28,543 nucleotides of DNA from Candidatus Gastranaerophilaceae bacterium (GCA_051875035.1 JBJEGL010000235.1:1-28543), one strand, 5' to 3'. Positions 8,073-17,015 are shown, numbered from the stretch's first letter. The notes: generated by a model not told the origin, from the sequence alone. A program made the numbers and translations.

Positions 8073-9337
8073 ACCATATCAGAGAATTTTGCAATAATTT
8101 TTTCACAATTTTCAATATGTCTTTTTTGTTTTTCATTTTGAAAAGGCATTGCAATTACAGGAATAGACTCATCTTGTGATTTTCTGTCAATATCAAAAAC
8201 AAAATAACCGTCAGATGAGGGTAAAAGCATAGTCATTTCTTTATCCAAAACAAGTTTTCTTCCGTCTTTCAGGTTCACTATGCCGTTTTCTGCGTGTAAA
8301 TAATGTGCGTCATAAAAGCAGGTACAACGTTTACAGCTTGGCAAACATCCGTTTTGTATTAATTCATTTCTTAAAATCTCTGCTTTTTTACTGCTCCAAA
8401 TATCCCAAAAATCTTGTTTTATAAAATTTCCGCAGGTACTGTACAGACAAGTTGCAACTTCTCCGTTAGGAAGAATAAACGGAACATTCCAAGGTGAAAC
8501 GCAAAGGCGGGATGATACCCCCACCCCCCGCAAATTCTGTACTTCTTTTTCATTATAATATGCAAGTCTTTCCTGCTCGGAAAAAGCAGGGTATTCAACA
8601 ACTTTTCTACCTTTATATTTTTTATTGATAAAGTTAAAAAATTCATTTACTTTATTAATATATTCATCATTGAAAATATAATCTTTATTTGTATGTAAAT
8701 GTAGTTTTTGCGGGCTGTTAAGACCCAAATTATTGCATATTTTTAATGTTTCCTCTTCTGTCTGATAACTTGTATATCTCGGATGATTTAATACTAAATC
8801 TGTTAAGTTAAATTGTTCAAAAAATTCTGTAAACTGTATTGCTTCATCGATATTATCCGGTAAAATAACCGAATTAACTCTGCAAAATATTTTTCTGCCG
8901 TAGGATTTTGAAGATTTGATTTTTTCAAGAATTTTAATTGTTTTAGAAAAACTATCTTTTGTATGAGTCAGAGAATTTTGTGTATTTTCAAGTCCGTGTA
9001 CCGAAATTGTAAGACCGGTATTTGTTTTTAAAATTGTATCAAGATGCTTGTCTAAGAAATAGCCGTTAGTAATAACATGCGGATAGATTCCTTTTTTCCA
9101 AGCATTAATAATGATACTGTCAAAATCTTTATGTAAAAGAGGTTCTCCTCCCATAAAAACAATACGGGGATGCTCTATCTTTTTTGTTAAACTGTCAAAC
9201 AGAATATTCCAATCTTCTGCACAAAGTTCAGACATTGTTTGTTCTCTGAATTCGGAACCTTGAGTACACATATCACATTTAAAATTGCACCGAAAAGTGA
9301 GATAAACAACAAATTCCATACTGTCAACTTCAAGCAT
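8069..9337 (-). CDS. Radical SAM protein with twitch/SPASM-type C-terminal Cys motif and a 79-aa extra tail (rSAM-C)
   Basis: CNFKCDMC (CxxxCxxC), GGEP, TNGY, C-terminal CVSPW...TCLYSTCGN...CKRCTC. Start moved from 9388 to ATG 9337 (RBS GAGG). Confidence 0.9.
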   Translation of the reverse strand: MLEVDSMEFVVYLTFRCNFKCDMCTQGSEFREQTMSELCAEDWNILFDSLTKKIEHPRIVFMGGEPLLHKDFDSIIINAWKKGIYPHVITNGYFLDKHLDTILKTNTGLTISVHGLENTQNSLTHTKDSFSKTIKILEKIKSSKSYGRKIFCRVNSVILPDNIDEAIQFTEFFEQFNLTDLVLNHPRYTSYQTEEETLKICNNLGLNSPQKLHLHTNKDYIFNDEYINKVNEFFNFINKKYKGRKVVEYPAFSEQERLAYYNEKEVQNLRGVGVSSRLCVSPWNVPFILPNGEVATCLYSTCGNFIKQDFWDIWSSKKAEILRNELIQNGCLPSCKRCTCFYDAHYLHAENGIVNLKDGRKLVLDKEMTMLLPSSDGYFVFDIDRKSQDESIPVIAMPFQNEKQKRHIENCEKIIAKFSDMV

Positions 9338-9389
9338 TATAACCTCTTTAATTTTTGTAATTATAACTTTTATTTCTTGTAAAATCAAC

Positions 9390-9427
9390 TTGACCGTATA
9401 AATATAAAAGAATATACTTGTTATAAT
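9390..9427 (+). promoter_or_regulatory. Sigma70-type promoter(s) for the tandem radical SAM genes
   Basis: TTGACC (9390-9395), 17 nt, TATACT (9413-9418); also extended -10 TGtTATAAT (9419-9427). Confidence 0.6.
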
Positions 9428-9447
9428 GAACCTAAAAGGGACTTGTA

Positions 9448-10494
9448 ATGAGCCGATTATTTTATCAAAGAAAAAATGTCAAACTGGAAAAACACCACTT
9501 GATTGAGCAATATAAAAATAAGTCAGAATTGCCTAAACATATAAGACTTGATGTGAGTACCGTTTGTCAATTGAAATGCCCTTCCTGCTATATGAGACAG
9601 GAAGAAGAAGCCGTGAAAAAAGGGTGTAAAATAGGTAATTTAAAATTTGAAAATTTTAAAAAATTAATAGATGATAATGATATTGAAAGTATTGAACTTT
9701 CTAACAGCGGTGAAATATTTTTAAACCCTGATTTAATTAAAATTTTGGAATATGCACATAAAAGAAATATATGGCTGACTGCCGACAACGGTGTTAACTT
9801 GAATTATTTGACGGATGAACAGGCAGAAGCTTTATCAAAGTACGAATTACGTTCAATGACGATTTCTTTAGACGGAGCTTCTCAGGAAACATATCAAATT
9901 TATAGAGTTAACGGCAATTATGATAATGTTATTGCCAATATTGAAAAAATAAATTTTTATAAAAAGAAATATAAAAACGGTTGTCCGCATATAGTTTGGA
10001 AATTTATTGTATTCGGTCATAACGAACACGAAGTTCAAAAAGCTAAAAAAGAAGCAAAACGACTCGGATGCGAAATAAAATTTGATGCAAATTGGGATGA
10101 AAATTATTCGCAAATTAAAAATCCGCAAAAGGTTCTTAAAGAAACAGGCTTAGCCTCTTTAGATGTTAATGTTTCTCCTATAGAACAGTTAAAAGAATAT
10201 GAAGAAGGTATTGTGGATTGGTTTTTCTGTCGTGATTTGTGGGAGCCTCAAATTAATTGGGATGGTCAAATTTTAGGATGTTGTGCTAATTTTAAAGAAA
10301 ATTTCGGCGGAAATGCTTTTGAAGAAGGATTATTAAATGCTCTAAATCATCCAAATATGATTTATGCTAAAAATATGGTAACAAACAACGCAAAACCCGC
10401 TAAAGATATACCTTGTTCAAGATGCTGGGTATATAAAGATATGTATAAGAAAAATATTTGGTTAAAATCACCTAAAGTTGAAGGAATACTGTAA
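9448..10494 (+). CDS. Radical SAM protein with BtrN-like twitch domain (rSAM-A)
   Basis: CQLKCPSC, SNSGE in place of GGE, SLDGAS-ETY--YRVNG, C-terminal C...WDGQILGCC...GN...PCSRC. Confidence 0.9.
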   Translation: MSRLFYQRKNVKLEKHHLIEQYKNKSELPKHIRLDVSTVCQLKCPSCYMRQEEEAVKKGCKIGNLKFENFKKLIDDNDIESIELSNSGEIFLNPDLIKILEYAHKRNIWLTADNGVNLNYLTDEQAEALSKYELRSMTISLDGASQETYQIYRVNGNYDNVIANIEKINFYKKKYKNGCPHIVWKFIVFGHNEHEVQKAKKEAKRLGCEIKFDANWDENYSQIKNPQKVLKETGLASLDVNVSPIEQLKEYEEGIVDWFFCRDLWEPQINWDGQILGCCANFKENFGGNAFEEGLLNALNHPNMIYAKNMVTNNAKPAKDIPCSRCWVYKDMYKKNIWLKSPKVEGIL

Positions 10495-10496
10495 TT

Positions 10497-11585
10497 ATGA
10501 CGCCTAAAATTCGTAAAACATACGAAATGAAAGATAAATATATGTTTGAAGCATATAAAGATGCTTCCGAATTGCCGAAAAAAATTAGAATAGAAGCCAG
10601 CTCAAAATGCCAGTTAAACTGTGTAAAATGCTATATGAGAATGGATCCCGAAGGTGTGGAAAAAGGCTGCAAGCTCGGTAATCTTAAATTCTCCGATTTT
10701 AAAAAATTTGTTGATGCAAATGATTTTGAAGAAATTGAAATCTCAAATCACGGTGAAATATTCTTAAACCCTGAACTTGAACAAATTATCAAATATGCAT
10801 ACAAAAAAGGTATTAAACTTTATGCAGGTAACGGTGTTAATTTGAATTATCTTCCCGATAGTGTTGCCGAAGCTCTTGTTAAATATGAGTTTGGTTCAAT
10901 GGATGTTTCAATAGACGGTGCTTCTCAAGAAACATACAAACAATACAGAGTAAACGGTAATTTTGATAAAGTTATTGAAAATATCGAAAAAATAAATTTT
11001 TACAAGAAAAAATATAAATCCGAATTCCCTGTTTTAAATTGGAAATTCATTGTTTTCGGACATAATGAACATGAAATTCCTCTTGCAAAAAAGCTGGCTA
11101 AAAAATTAAAAATGAACATAGACTTTACCCCGAACTGTATGCCTGATTATTCTCCTTTAAAAAATGAGGCAAAGGTTATCAAACAAACAGGTTTGGATAC
11201 AATGGACCTCGCTCCCCATGTTATGTTGGAACAATATAATAACCATGAATCTGATTGGTTCTACTGTGCCTTTTTGTGGGAAGAACCTCAAATTAATTGG
11301 GACGGAAAAATTTTGGGCTGTTGTTCTTTATATAGCGATGATTTTGGTGGAAATGCCTTTGAAGAAGGATATTTACAGGCAATGAATCATCCTAAAATGA
11401 TTTATGCGAAAAATATGTTGACTCATAAAGCTCCTCCCGCAGAAGGCATACCTTGCACACATTGTTATGCTTTTCAAGATTTAATGGAAGCAAATAAATA
11501 TATGATTTCTCCCAAAAAGTTGAAAATAGAAGCAGAAAAAGCAAAAGCAAAAAAACAAAATAAATCCCGTAAAAAAGACAACTAA
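10497..11585 (+). CDS. Radical SAM protein with BtrN-like twitch domain (rSAM-B), tandem paralog of rSAM-A
   Basis: CQLNCVKC, SNHGE, SIDGASQETY, C...WDGKILGCC...GN...PCTHC; long identical blocks shared with 9448..10494. Confidence 0.9.
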   Translation: MTPKIRKTYEMKDKYMFEAYKDASELPKKIRIEASSKCQLNCVKCYMRMDPEGVEKGCKLGNLKFSDFKKFVDANDFEEIEISNHGEIFLNPELEQIIKYAYKKGIKLYAGNGVNLNYLPDSVAEALVKYEFGSMDVSIDGASQETYKQYRVNGNFDKVIENIEKINFYKKKYKSEFPVLNWKFIVFGHNEHEIPLAKKLAKKLKMNIDFTPNCMPDYSPLKNEAKVIKQTGLDTMDLAPHVMLEQYNNHESDWFYCAFLWEEPQINWDGKILGCCSLYSDDFGGNAFEEGYLQAMNHPKMIYAKNMLTHKAPPAEGIPCTHCYAFQDLMEANKYMISPKKLKIEAEKAKAKKQNKSRKKDN

Positions 11586-11632
11586 ATTTATTCTGTGGTT
11601 TATATAGCTGTTTACATCAAAGTGAACAAACT

Positions 11633-11735
11633 ATCATTCTGAGGTAGAAAAACAAAGACAACGACCGAAGAATCTCTTAAAAGTCAAAATCTATGTAAAA
11701 AAGATTCTTTACCCCCGAAATGCTAAAGAATGACA
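11633..11735. repeat. Inverted pair of REP-like elements (degenerate)
   Basis: ATCATTCTGAG...ACCGAAGAATCT (11633-11675) and the inverted copy AGATTCTTT...AAGAATGACA (11702-11735). Confidence 0.7.
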
Positions 11736-11776
11736 GCAATGTTCTTGCATATATCTATATAAAAGTTTGTTATTTT

Positions 11777-13126
11777 TTAGTTATCTTTAGTTACTTTTAT
11801 GATTTTTTTACAATGCGGGCATGCTATATTCATACCTTCATAATCTTTGGGAAATTTTAGTTTTGTTCCGCATTCACATTGTTTAAAAATATATTCTTGA
11901 GCCTGCCATATTGCATCTTCAGCTTCTCTTTTTCTTGTCAATATTTCCGACTTTTCTTGTGTTTGAACGGAAAAATGTTCCTCTGCCACTGGCATAGCCG
12001 AAATTGCTACAGTATTTTCAACAGCTTCTTTTAATGGAGTTCTTATTTTAAGACGTTTGCTGTCTTGTAAATCTTTCCTGTTTAAAATTGTACGGGAATG
12101 TGAACCTGAAACTTTTGCAAATGCTTCATTGTAAGATTTATAATCTGCTCCGCTCATTTTTAAAAGCACATCAATTCTTTTTTGAGTAGGAGGGTGTGTT
12201 GAAAAACAGCTGTTAAACATTGATTTTGGCGACTGTTTGTTTTTAGGATTTACCGTAAACATTGAATATATAATTTTGTTATACTTAATTCCTGCGGTAT
12301 TACCGTAGTCATCAACAATATTACATTCAATATCTTCTATATTACTACAGGAAATTTTTGCAAGAGCAGACGCTAAACCCGCAGGATATCTTGTAAATTG
12401 TGCAGCACACGCATCAGCTAAATATTCTCTGCGTTGAGAAATTAAAAAATACAGTAATTCCGCAACTATTGGTGCAATAATCATTGCAAGAACACAAATT
12501 AATAAAACTATTACATTTCCGCCTCCGCTGCTTTTTGAACTTCTTCTTGAACAACTTGAACGGGAAATACTCCTTAAACCGAATTCGCAGATAATAACAA
12601 TGGTGCCTATCATTACTCCTACAAGCAGCATATACAATGTATCCCGATTAACTATATGTGCAATTTCGTGAGCAATAACGCCCTGAAGTTCATCCCGGTT
12701 TAATTTTGTAAGAAGTCCCGTTGTTACCGCAACTGCTGAATTTTCAGGGGAAAGGCCTGTCGCAAAAGCATTTGGCATTTCCGTATCGATAACATATATT
12801 TCCGGAACTTTTGGTAATCCTGCCGCAATGGACATTTCTTCTACAACATTTTCAAGAACAAGATGGGCATGAGGGGGAAGCTTGTATGCATTTACGGTTG
12901 ATAAAACGAATTTTTTACCGTTTGTCAAAGCAGACAATAAAAGACATATCCACACAATAACTGATACAACTATGCCTGTTTCAATAAAAAATACTATGTT
13001 TTCTATATCTTCAACATAAGAGGCAAACATTCCTCCTAAAGCCGCACCCACTGTCATAAGTAGAAAAAGCATTGCTGTTATTAAAATAATAGAATTTCTT
13101 TTATTATTTTGTATTTGCTGCCACAT
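11777..13126 (-). CDS. htpX: HtpX-like M48 zinc metalloprotease with C-terminal zinc ribbon
   Basis: PNAFATG, ELQGVIAHEIAH (HEXXH), ISQRREYLAD, STHPPT-KRI; extra C-terminal CECG...CPHC. Confidence 0.85.
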   Translation of the reverse strand: MWQQIQNNKRNSIILITAMLFLLMTVGAALGGMFASYVEDIENIVFFIETGIVVSVIVWICLLLSALTNGKKFVLSTVNAYKLPPHAHLVLENVVEEMSIAAGLPKVPEIYVIDTEMPNAFATGLSPENSAVAVTTGLLTKLNRDELQGVIAHEIAHIVNRDTLYMLLVGVMIGTIVIICEFGLRSISRSSCSRRSSKSSGGGNVIVLLICVLAMIIAPIVAELLYFLISQRREYLADACAAQFTRYPAGLASALAKISCSNIEDIECNIVDDYGNTAGIKYNKIIYSMFTVNPKNKQSPKSMFNSCFSTHPPTQKRIDVLLKMSGADYKSYNEAFAKVSGSHSRTILNRKDLQDSKRLKIRTPLKEAVENTVAISAMPVAEEHFSVQTQEKSEILTRKREAEDAIWQAQEYIFKQCECGTKLKFPKDYEGMNIACPHCKKIIKVTKDN

Positions 13127-13134
13127 ATTTTATC

Positions 13135-13695
13135 CTAAAATTTAACTTGAGGAACCCCTTTTTCATCACTTGAAACTTCAAAAAAGTCTCTGTTTTCAAA
13201 ATTAAAAACGCCTGCAATAATATTGCTTGGGAACATTTCTTTTTTGTTATTGTATTGCAAAACAGAATCATTATAAAATTGTCTTGCGAAACTTATTTTA
13301 TTTTCTGTTGAAGTAAGTTCCTCTTGAAGTTGTAAGAAGTTTTGATTTGCTTTTAAGTCGGGATAATTTTCCGCAACTGCAAAAAGTGATTTTAAAGCAC
13401 TCGATAAAGCATTTTCGGCAGCAGCTCGTTCTTTAACATTATCTCCTATATTGACGGTCATTTGTCTTGCTTTTACAACTTTTTCAAGAGTTGCTGCTTC
13501 ATGAGAAGCATAACCTTTTACGGTTTCAATAAGATTCGGAATTAAATCGTGACGTCTTTTTAATTGGACATCAATTTGTGACCATGCATTTTTAACCTGA
13601 TTTTTAAGAACAATAAGCCCGTTATAAACTGCTATAACCCATAAAAACACTACTGCGAGAACGACTATCGGAAGAATCATTGTAATTTGCTGCAT
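13135..13695 (-). CDS. lemA: LemA family protein
   Basis: N-terminal TM segment, [52 protein letters not shown]. Confidence 0.95.
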   Translation of the reverse strand: MQQITMILPIVVLAVVFLWVIAVYNGLIVLKNQVKNAWSQIDVQLKRRHDLIPNLIETVKGYASHEAATLEKVVKARQMTVNIGDNVKERAAAENALSSALKSLFAVAENYPDLKANQNFLQLQEELTSTENKISFARQFYNDSVLQYNNKKEMFPSNIIAGVFNFENRDFFEVSSDEKGVPQVKF

Positions 13696-13711
13696 ATATA
13701 CTCCTTTATTT

Positions 13712-14086
13712 TTAATTACCTATATTAAATACTTCACCCAAGAAATTTACTGTTTTATAATTTTTTAAATTACTGCCTGCCATATTTACAAATTGAGAAA
13801 GTTCACCCTTATCAAACCAAACTCCGTGAAATTTAGGGCATTTATCCAACAAAACACCGCTCATGTCAATTTTATGCATAGTCTTTCCGCAAACGGGACA
13901 CTTTCTTCCTTTTTCTTTTGAAAATACGGCATCATAATTAAACGGATTATATTTTTCGTTAATTACACCCAAAAGTTTCCATTCATCAGCATCAAACCAA
14001 AAACCTTCACATTCGGGACACCAGTCAAGTTCAATCTGATTACGTTCAACAACAATAAGCGGTTTTCCGCACTTTGGACAAAGCAT
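13712..14086 (-). CDS. Protein with two zf-TFIIB-like zinc ribbons
   Basis: CPKCG...[16 protein letters not shown] and CPVCG...[17 protein letters not shown]. Confidence 0.85.
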   Translation of the reverse strand: MLCPKCGKPLIVVERNQIELDWCPECEGFWFDADEWKLLGVINEKYNPFNYDAVFSKEKGRKCPVCGKTMHKIDMSGVLLDKCPKFHGVWFDKGELSQFVNMAGSNLKNYKTVNFLGEVFNIGN

Positions 14087-14235
14087 AAATACCCTCTTCT
14101 TTAAGATAATTGTACTACTTTTTCATGTATATATATGATTTTTTTTGATAAGAGTTATAAAAAGTAACAATTTTATTTATAATAATGACAAAGGGGAAAT
14201 AATCATTAAACTGAATTCATACAGGGAGATTGGAA

Positions 14236-14487
14236 ATGATTGACGGATTACAAAATTTTTTCGCAAAGGTTGCTGCACCAAACAATACTAATGCTGCTGC
14301 ACCTGTTCAAAAAACACAAATTTATTCAAACCCTTTTGCAAATCCTTTTTTAAGCCGTAACTTGGAACAAATGAACAGACGTAATGAACAATACGGAAAA
14401 AATAATCCTTTTCCCGGCGGCTATTTTGCAGGATATTACAATAATAAACCCAATATTGTCGGAAGAAAATTATTTGTTGAAGTATAA
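14236..14487 (+). CDS. Small hypothetical protein (83 aa), Asn/Pro-rich, three NPF motifs
   Basis: ATG 14236 with RBS AGGGAG; divergent from the zf-TFIIB operon; no family recognised. Confidence 0.6.
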   Translation: MIDGLQNFFAKVAAPNNTNAAAPVQKTQIYSNPFANPFLSRNLEQMNRRNEQYGKNNPFPGGYFAGYYNNKPNIVGRKLFVEV

Positions 14488-14528
14488 TTTGCTTAAAATG
14501 TTCCGGAAATTGGGAAATTTAGAAATAC

Positions 14529-14706
14529 AGATTCTTCAGTCACTTCTTCCTCTTGCAAAAAACATTCACCGGACGTTTTTTGCGGCGGCAGAGTGCTCAG
14601 TATGACATAAATTCTTCGGCTAAAGCCTCAGTATGACAGATTATTTGTGAATATACAGATTCTTCAGTCGCTGTTTTGGATTTTTCTCCCTCAGAATGAC
14701 GGATTA
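14529..14706. repeat. Cluster of three same-orientation REP-like elements
   Basis: AGATTCTTC...CTCAGTATGACA (14529-14607), AAATTCTTCGGCTAAAGCCTCAGTATGACA (14609-14638), AGATTCTTC...CTCAGAATGAC (14657-14700). Confidence 0.85.
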
Positions 14707-14710
14707 TTCA

Positions 14711-15733
14711 TTAATATCTAAAGTTTTTGTCTTTTAATTTTTGAAAAAATCTGTGCAATTGGAACGTATAATAGTTATTTTTCAATATTGATGATAATAA
14801 TTTATATGTTTCCGAATCTTGCGTTATATTATACTTATCTTCTATAAAACCTTCATATACGGATAATTCCGACTTCATCCTGTCAAAGAATTCTTTTCTA
14901 TACTTTTTATTTACTGCTTTATAGAAAAACATAAATGAATATGTTTGATATTGCATAAAAGCATTGTGAAATTTGAAAAATATACACAAATTTAACAAAT
15001 CTGCCTTTATCATTTCATACATTTTAAAACAGTCAAAAGTTGTTCTGTCTTTTTGGTTACTTGAAGATGTTTTTCTGTTGACTCTGTAAAATACAAGACA
15101 TTTATCCAATACCGTAATTTTTTTTGCACGGAAAATAGCTTTAAAAGAAAAAACATCATCTTCACAATACATGCCGCCCGGAAATTTTATGTCATTTTCA
15201 AGAATGAAAGATTTTTTATAAATTTTATCCCAAACAACATTACATTTATCAAATAAAGCAATCGGTTCACAATCTTTATAAGAAAATCCGTTATGTAAAT
15301 CTTTAGGTAAATCCGCATAATTTTGAAATTCATGTTCGTATGCGACTTTTCCCGTTTCATCATCAATTGTTGCAAATTTGCAAACAGTCATATCGGCATC
15401 ATCTTCCGAAATCTTTTTGTACATTTCTTCCGCACAATTGTTAGTAAAAGAATCGTCAACATCCAAGAATAGAATGTAATCCGCTTGAGCTTGTTCTATT
15501 GCAACATTTCTTGCATAACCCTGTCTGTGATTTTCTTCAAGTTCAATAAGTTTAATTCTGCTGTCTTCCGTCATTACCTGTTTAACAAGCTCAACCGTAT
15601 TGTCAGTTGATTTGTCATCAATAACAATAATTTCAATATCCTCTAAAGTCTGATTCATACAATTAATCAAACAAGATTGAATAAATTTCTTTGCATTATA
15701 TACCGGAATAATTATCGAAACTTTCGGACTCAT
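14711..15733 (-). CDS. Glycosyltransferase family 2 (copy 2, paralog of 6987..8072)
   Basis: KVSIIIPVYN, IDDKSTDNT, ARNVAI, LFLDVDD, WDKIYKK, CED. Start moved from 15751 to ATG 15733, 1 nt after the DegT stop. Confidence 0.92.
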   Translation of the reverse strand: MSPKVSIIIPVYNAKKFIQSCLINCMNQTLEDIEIIVIDDKSTDNTVELVKQVMTEDSRIKLIELEENHRQGYARNVAIEQAQADYILFLDVDDSFTNNCAEEMYKKISEDDADMTVCKFATIDDETGKVAYEHEFQNYADLPKDLHNGFSYKDCEPIALFDKCNVVWDKIYKKSFILENDIKFPGGMYCEDDVFSFKAIFRAKKITVLDKCLVFYRVNRKTSSSNQKDRTTFDCFKMYEMIKADLLNLCIFFKFHNAFMQYQTYSFMFFYKAVNKKYRKEFFDRMKSELSVYEGFIEDKYNITQDSETYKLLSSILKNNYYTFQLHRFFQKLKDKNFRY

Positions 15734-15734
15734 C

Positions 15735-16835
15735 TTATAACCTTCTCTCAATTGCTTTTATAGTTGTTTCACAAATTCTTTTTATATCTTTCTTTTCTAA
15801 TTCAAAATACAAAGGCATTTGCAGCATTCTGGCACAAACATCTTCTGCTACGGGGCATGCCTGATATTTTTTTAAATATTTAAGCGTATTTAATGTCGGA
15901 TAGTAACAATGCCACGGATAAATCCTGTGTTCACAAAGAGTATTCATAACATTATCCATTTCTTCTTTTGATTTAAGCACTATTACATAATAAGGATATT
16001 TATATTCAAGTTCTGGTTGTTTCTTTGGTACTTGAACAATATTGCCGAGCAATTCATCGTATGTTTGGCACAATTCTCTTCGTTTATTGATAATTTTGTC
16101 TATATACTTTAAGTTTGCAAGCCCCATTGCGGCATGAAGCTCCGAAAGTCTTGCGTTAAAACCGTCTCTTATATAATTGTCATCAACATGCCCGCATTTT
16201 TTTATCAATTCAAATTGTTCCATTAAATAAGGATTTGTACTAAATAATGCTCCGCCTTCCGCTGTGTGAAAAAGTTTGCTTTCCTGAAATGAAACAACGG
16301 AAACATCACCGTATTCAACAAGAGGTTTGCCTTTGTATTTAGCGGCAAATGCATGAGCAGCATCATATATAACTTTTAAATTATGTTTCTTTGCTATTTC
16401 TCCAATTTTTTCAAGATTGCAGGCATATCCGAAAATATGAACAGGCATGATTGCTCGTGTTTTAGGAGTAATTGCCGCTTCAATTTTATCCGCATCAATT
16501 GTAAAATTATCGGGTTCAATATCTACATATACTGGTTCGCATTTTTCTGCCAAAATAGCCGTTGTTGTTGCAACATATGAAAACGGAGTTGTTATTATTT
16601 CACTTCCCGGTTCAATATCCAGAGCTTTTATCGCCATTTGCAAACCGGTTGTTGCACTTGTAACAACTTTTATATCCTGAACATTTAAATATGTTTTTAA
16701 TTTCTGTTCAAGCTCTTGCAGTAAAACGCCGTAATCCGTAAATGTCTGATTTTTATAAGCTCTTTTTATAAAATCAGTATATTCTTTTAGCGGGGGCAAA
16801 AATGCCCTTGTCGTAAATATCTCTTTTTCTGCCAT
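15735..16835 (-). CDS. DegT/DnrJ/EryC1/StrS family PLP-dependent sugar aminotransferase (VioA-like)
   Basis: SATTGL, ITTPFSYVAT, IMPVHIFG, VIYDAAHAF, SFQESKLFHTAEGG (PLP lysine), GFNARLSELHAAMG. Confidence 0.92.
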   Translation of the reverse strand: MAEKEIFTTRAFLPPLKEYTDFIKRAYKNQTFTDYGVLLQELEQKLKTYLNVQDIKVVTSATTGLQMAIKALDIEPGSEIITTPFSYVATTTAILAEKCEPVYVDIEPDNFTIDADKIEAAITPKTRAIMPVHIFGYACNLEKIGEIAKKHNLKVIYDAAHAFAAKYKGKPLVEYGDVSVVSFQESKLFHTAEGGALFSTNPYLMEQFELIKKCGHVDDNYIRDGFNARLSELHAAMGLANLKYIDKIINKRRELCQTYDELLGNIVQVPKKQPELEYKYPYYVIVLKSKEEMDNVMNTLCEHRIYPWHCYYPTLNTLKYLKKYQACPVAEDVCARMLQMPLYFELEKKDIKRICETTIKAIERRL

Positions 16836-16918
16836 TGGAAACTTTTCTTAATAAATTATGCCAACTGCGGTTAAATATAAGCTGCAATATTTGCATACAA
16901 TGGTTGTACCTTATTTCT

Positions 16919-16989
16919 ATACTATCTCTTCATACTAATATGTCAATATGTAAGTATTTGTTGACATATTTTGCTAATGTTTTTACAAT
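16919..16989. promoter_or_regulatory. Back-to-back divergent sigma70 promoters whose -35 boxes lie in a 10-bp inverted repeat
   Basis: Plus: TTGACA (16961-16966), 17 nt, TACAAT (16984-16989). Minus: TTGACA (16946-16941), 16 nt, TAGTAT (16924-16919). IR AATATGTCAA-N14-TTGACATATT. Confidence 0.6.
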
Positions 16990-17015
16990 TAAAATTAATA
17001 TTTTAGGAGATTTTT

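Noticed and set aside
14384-14605. 73-aa ORF overlapping the small NPF gene
   Set aside because: Runs through the REP cluster in a second frame; no RBS seen.
14529-14706. Possible CRISPR array (repeats with variable inserts; also 26900-27246)
   Set aside because: Units vary in length and orientation, the variable parts are internal hairpin loops rather than unique regular spacers, and no cas genes are present.
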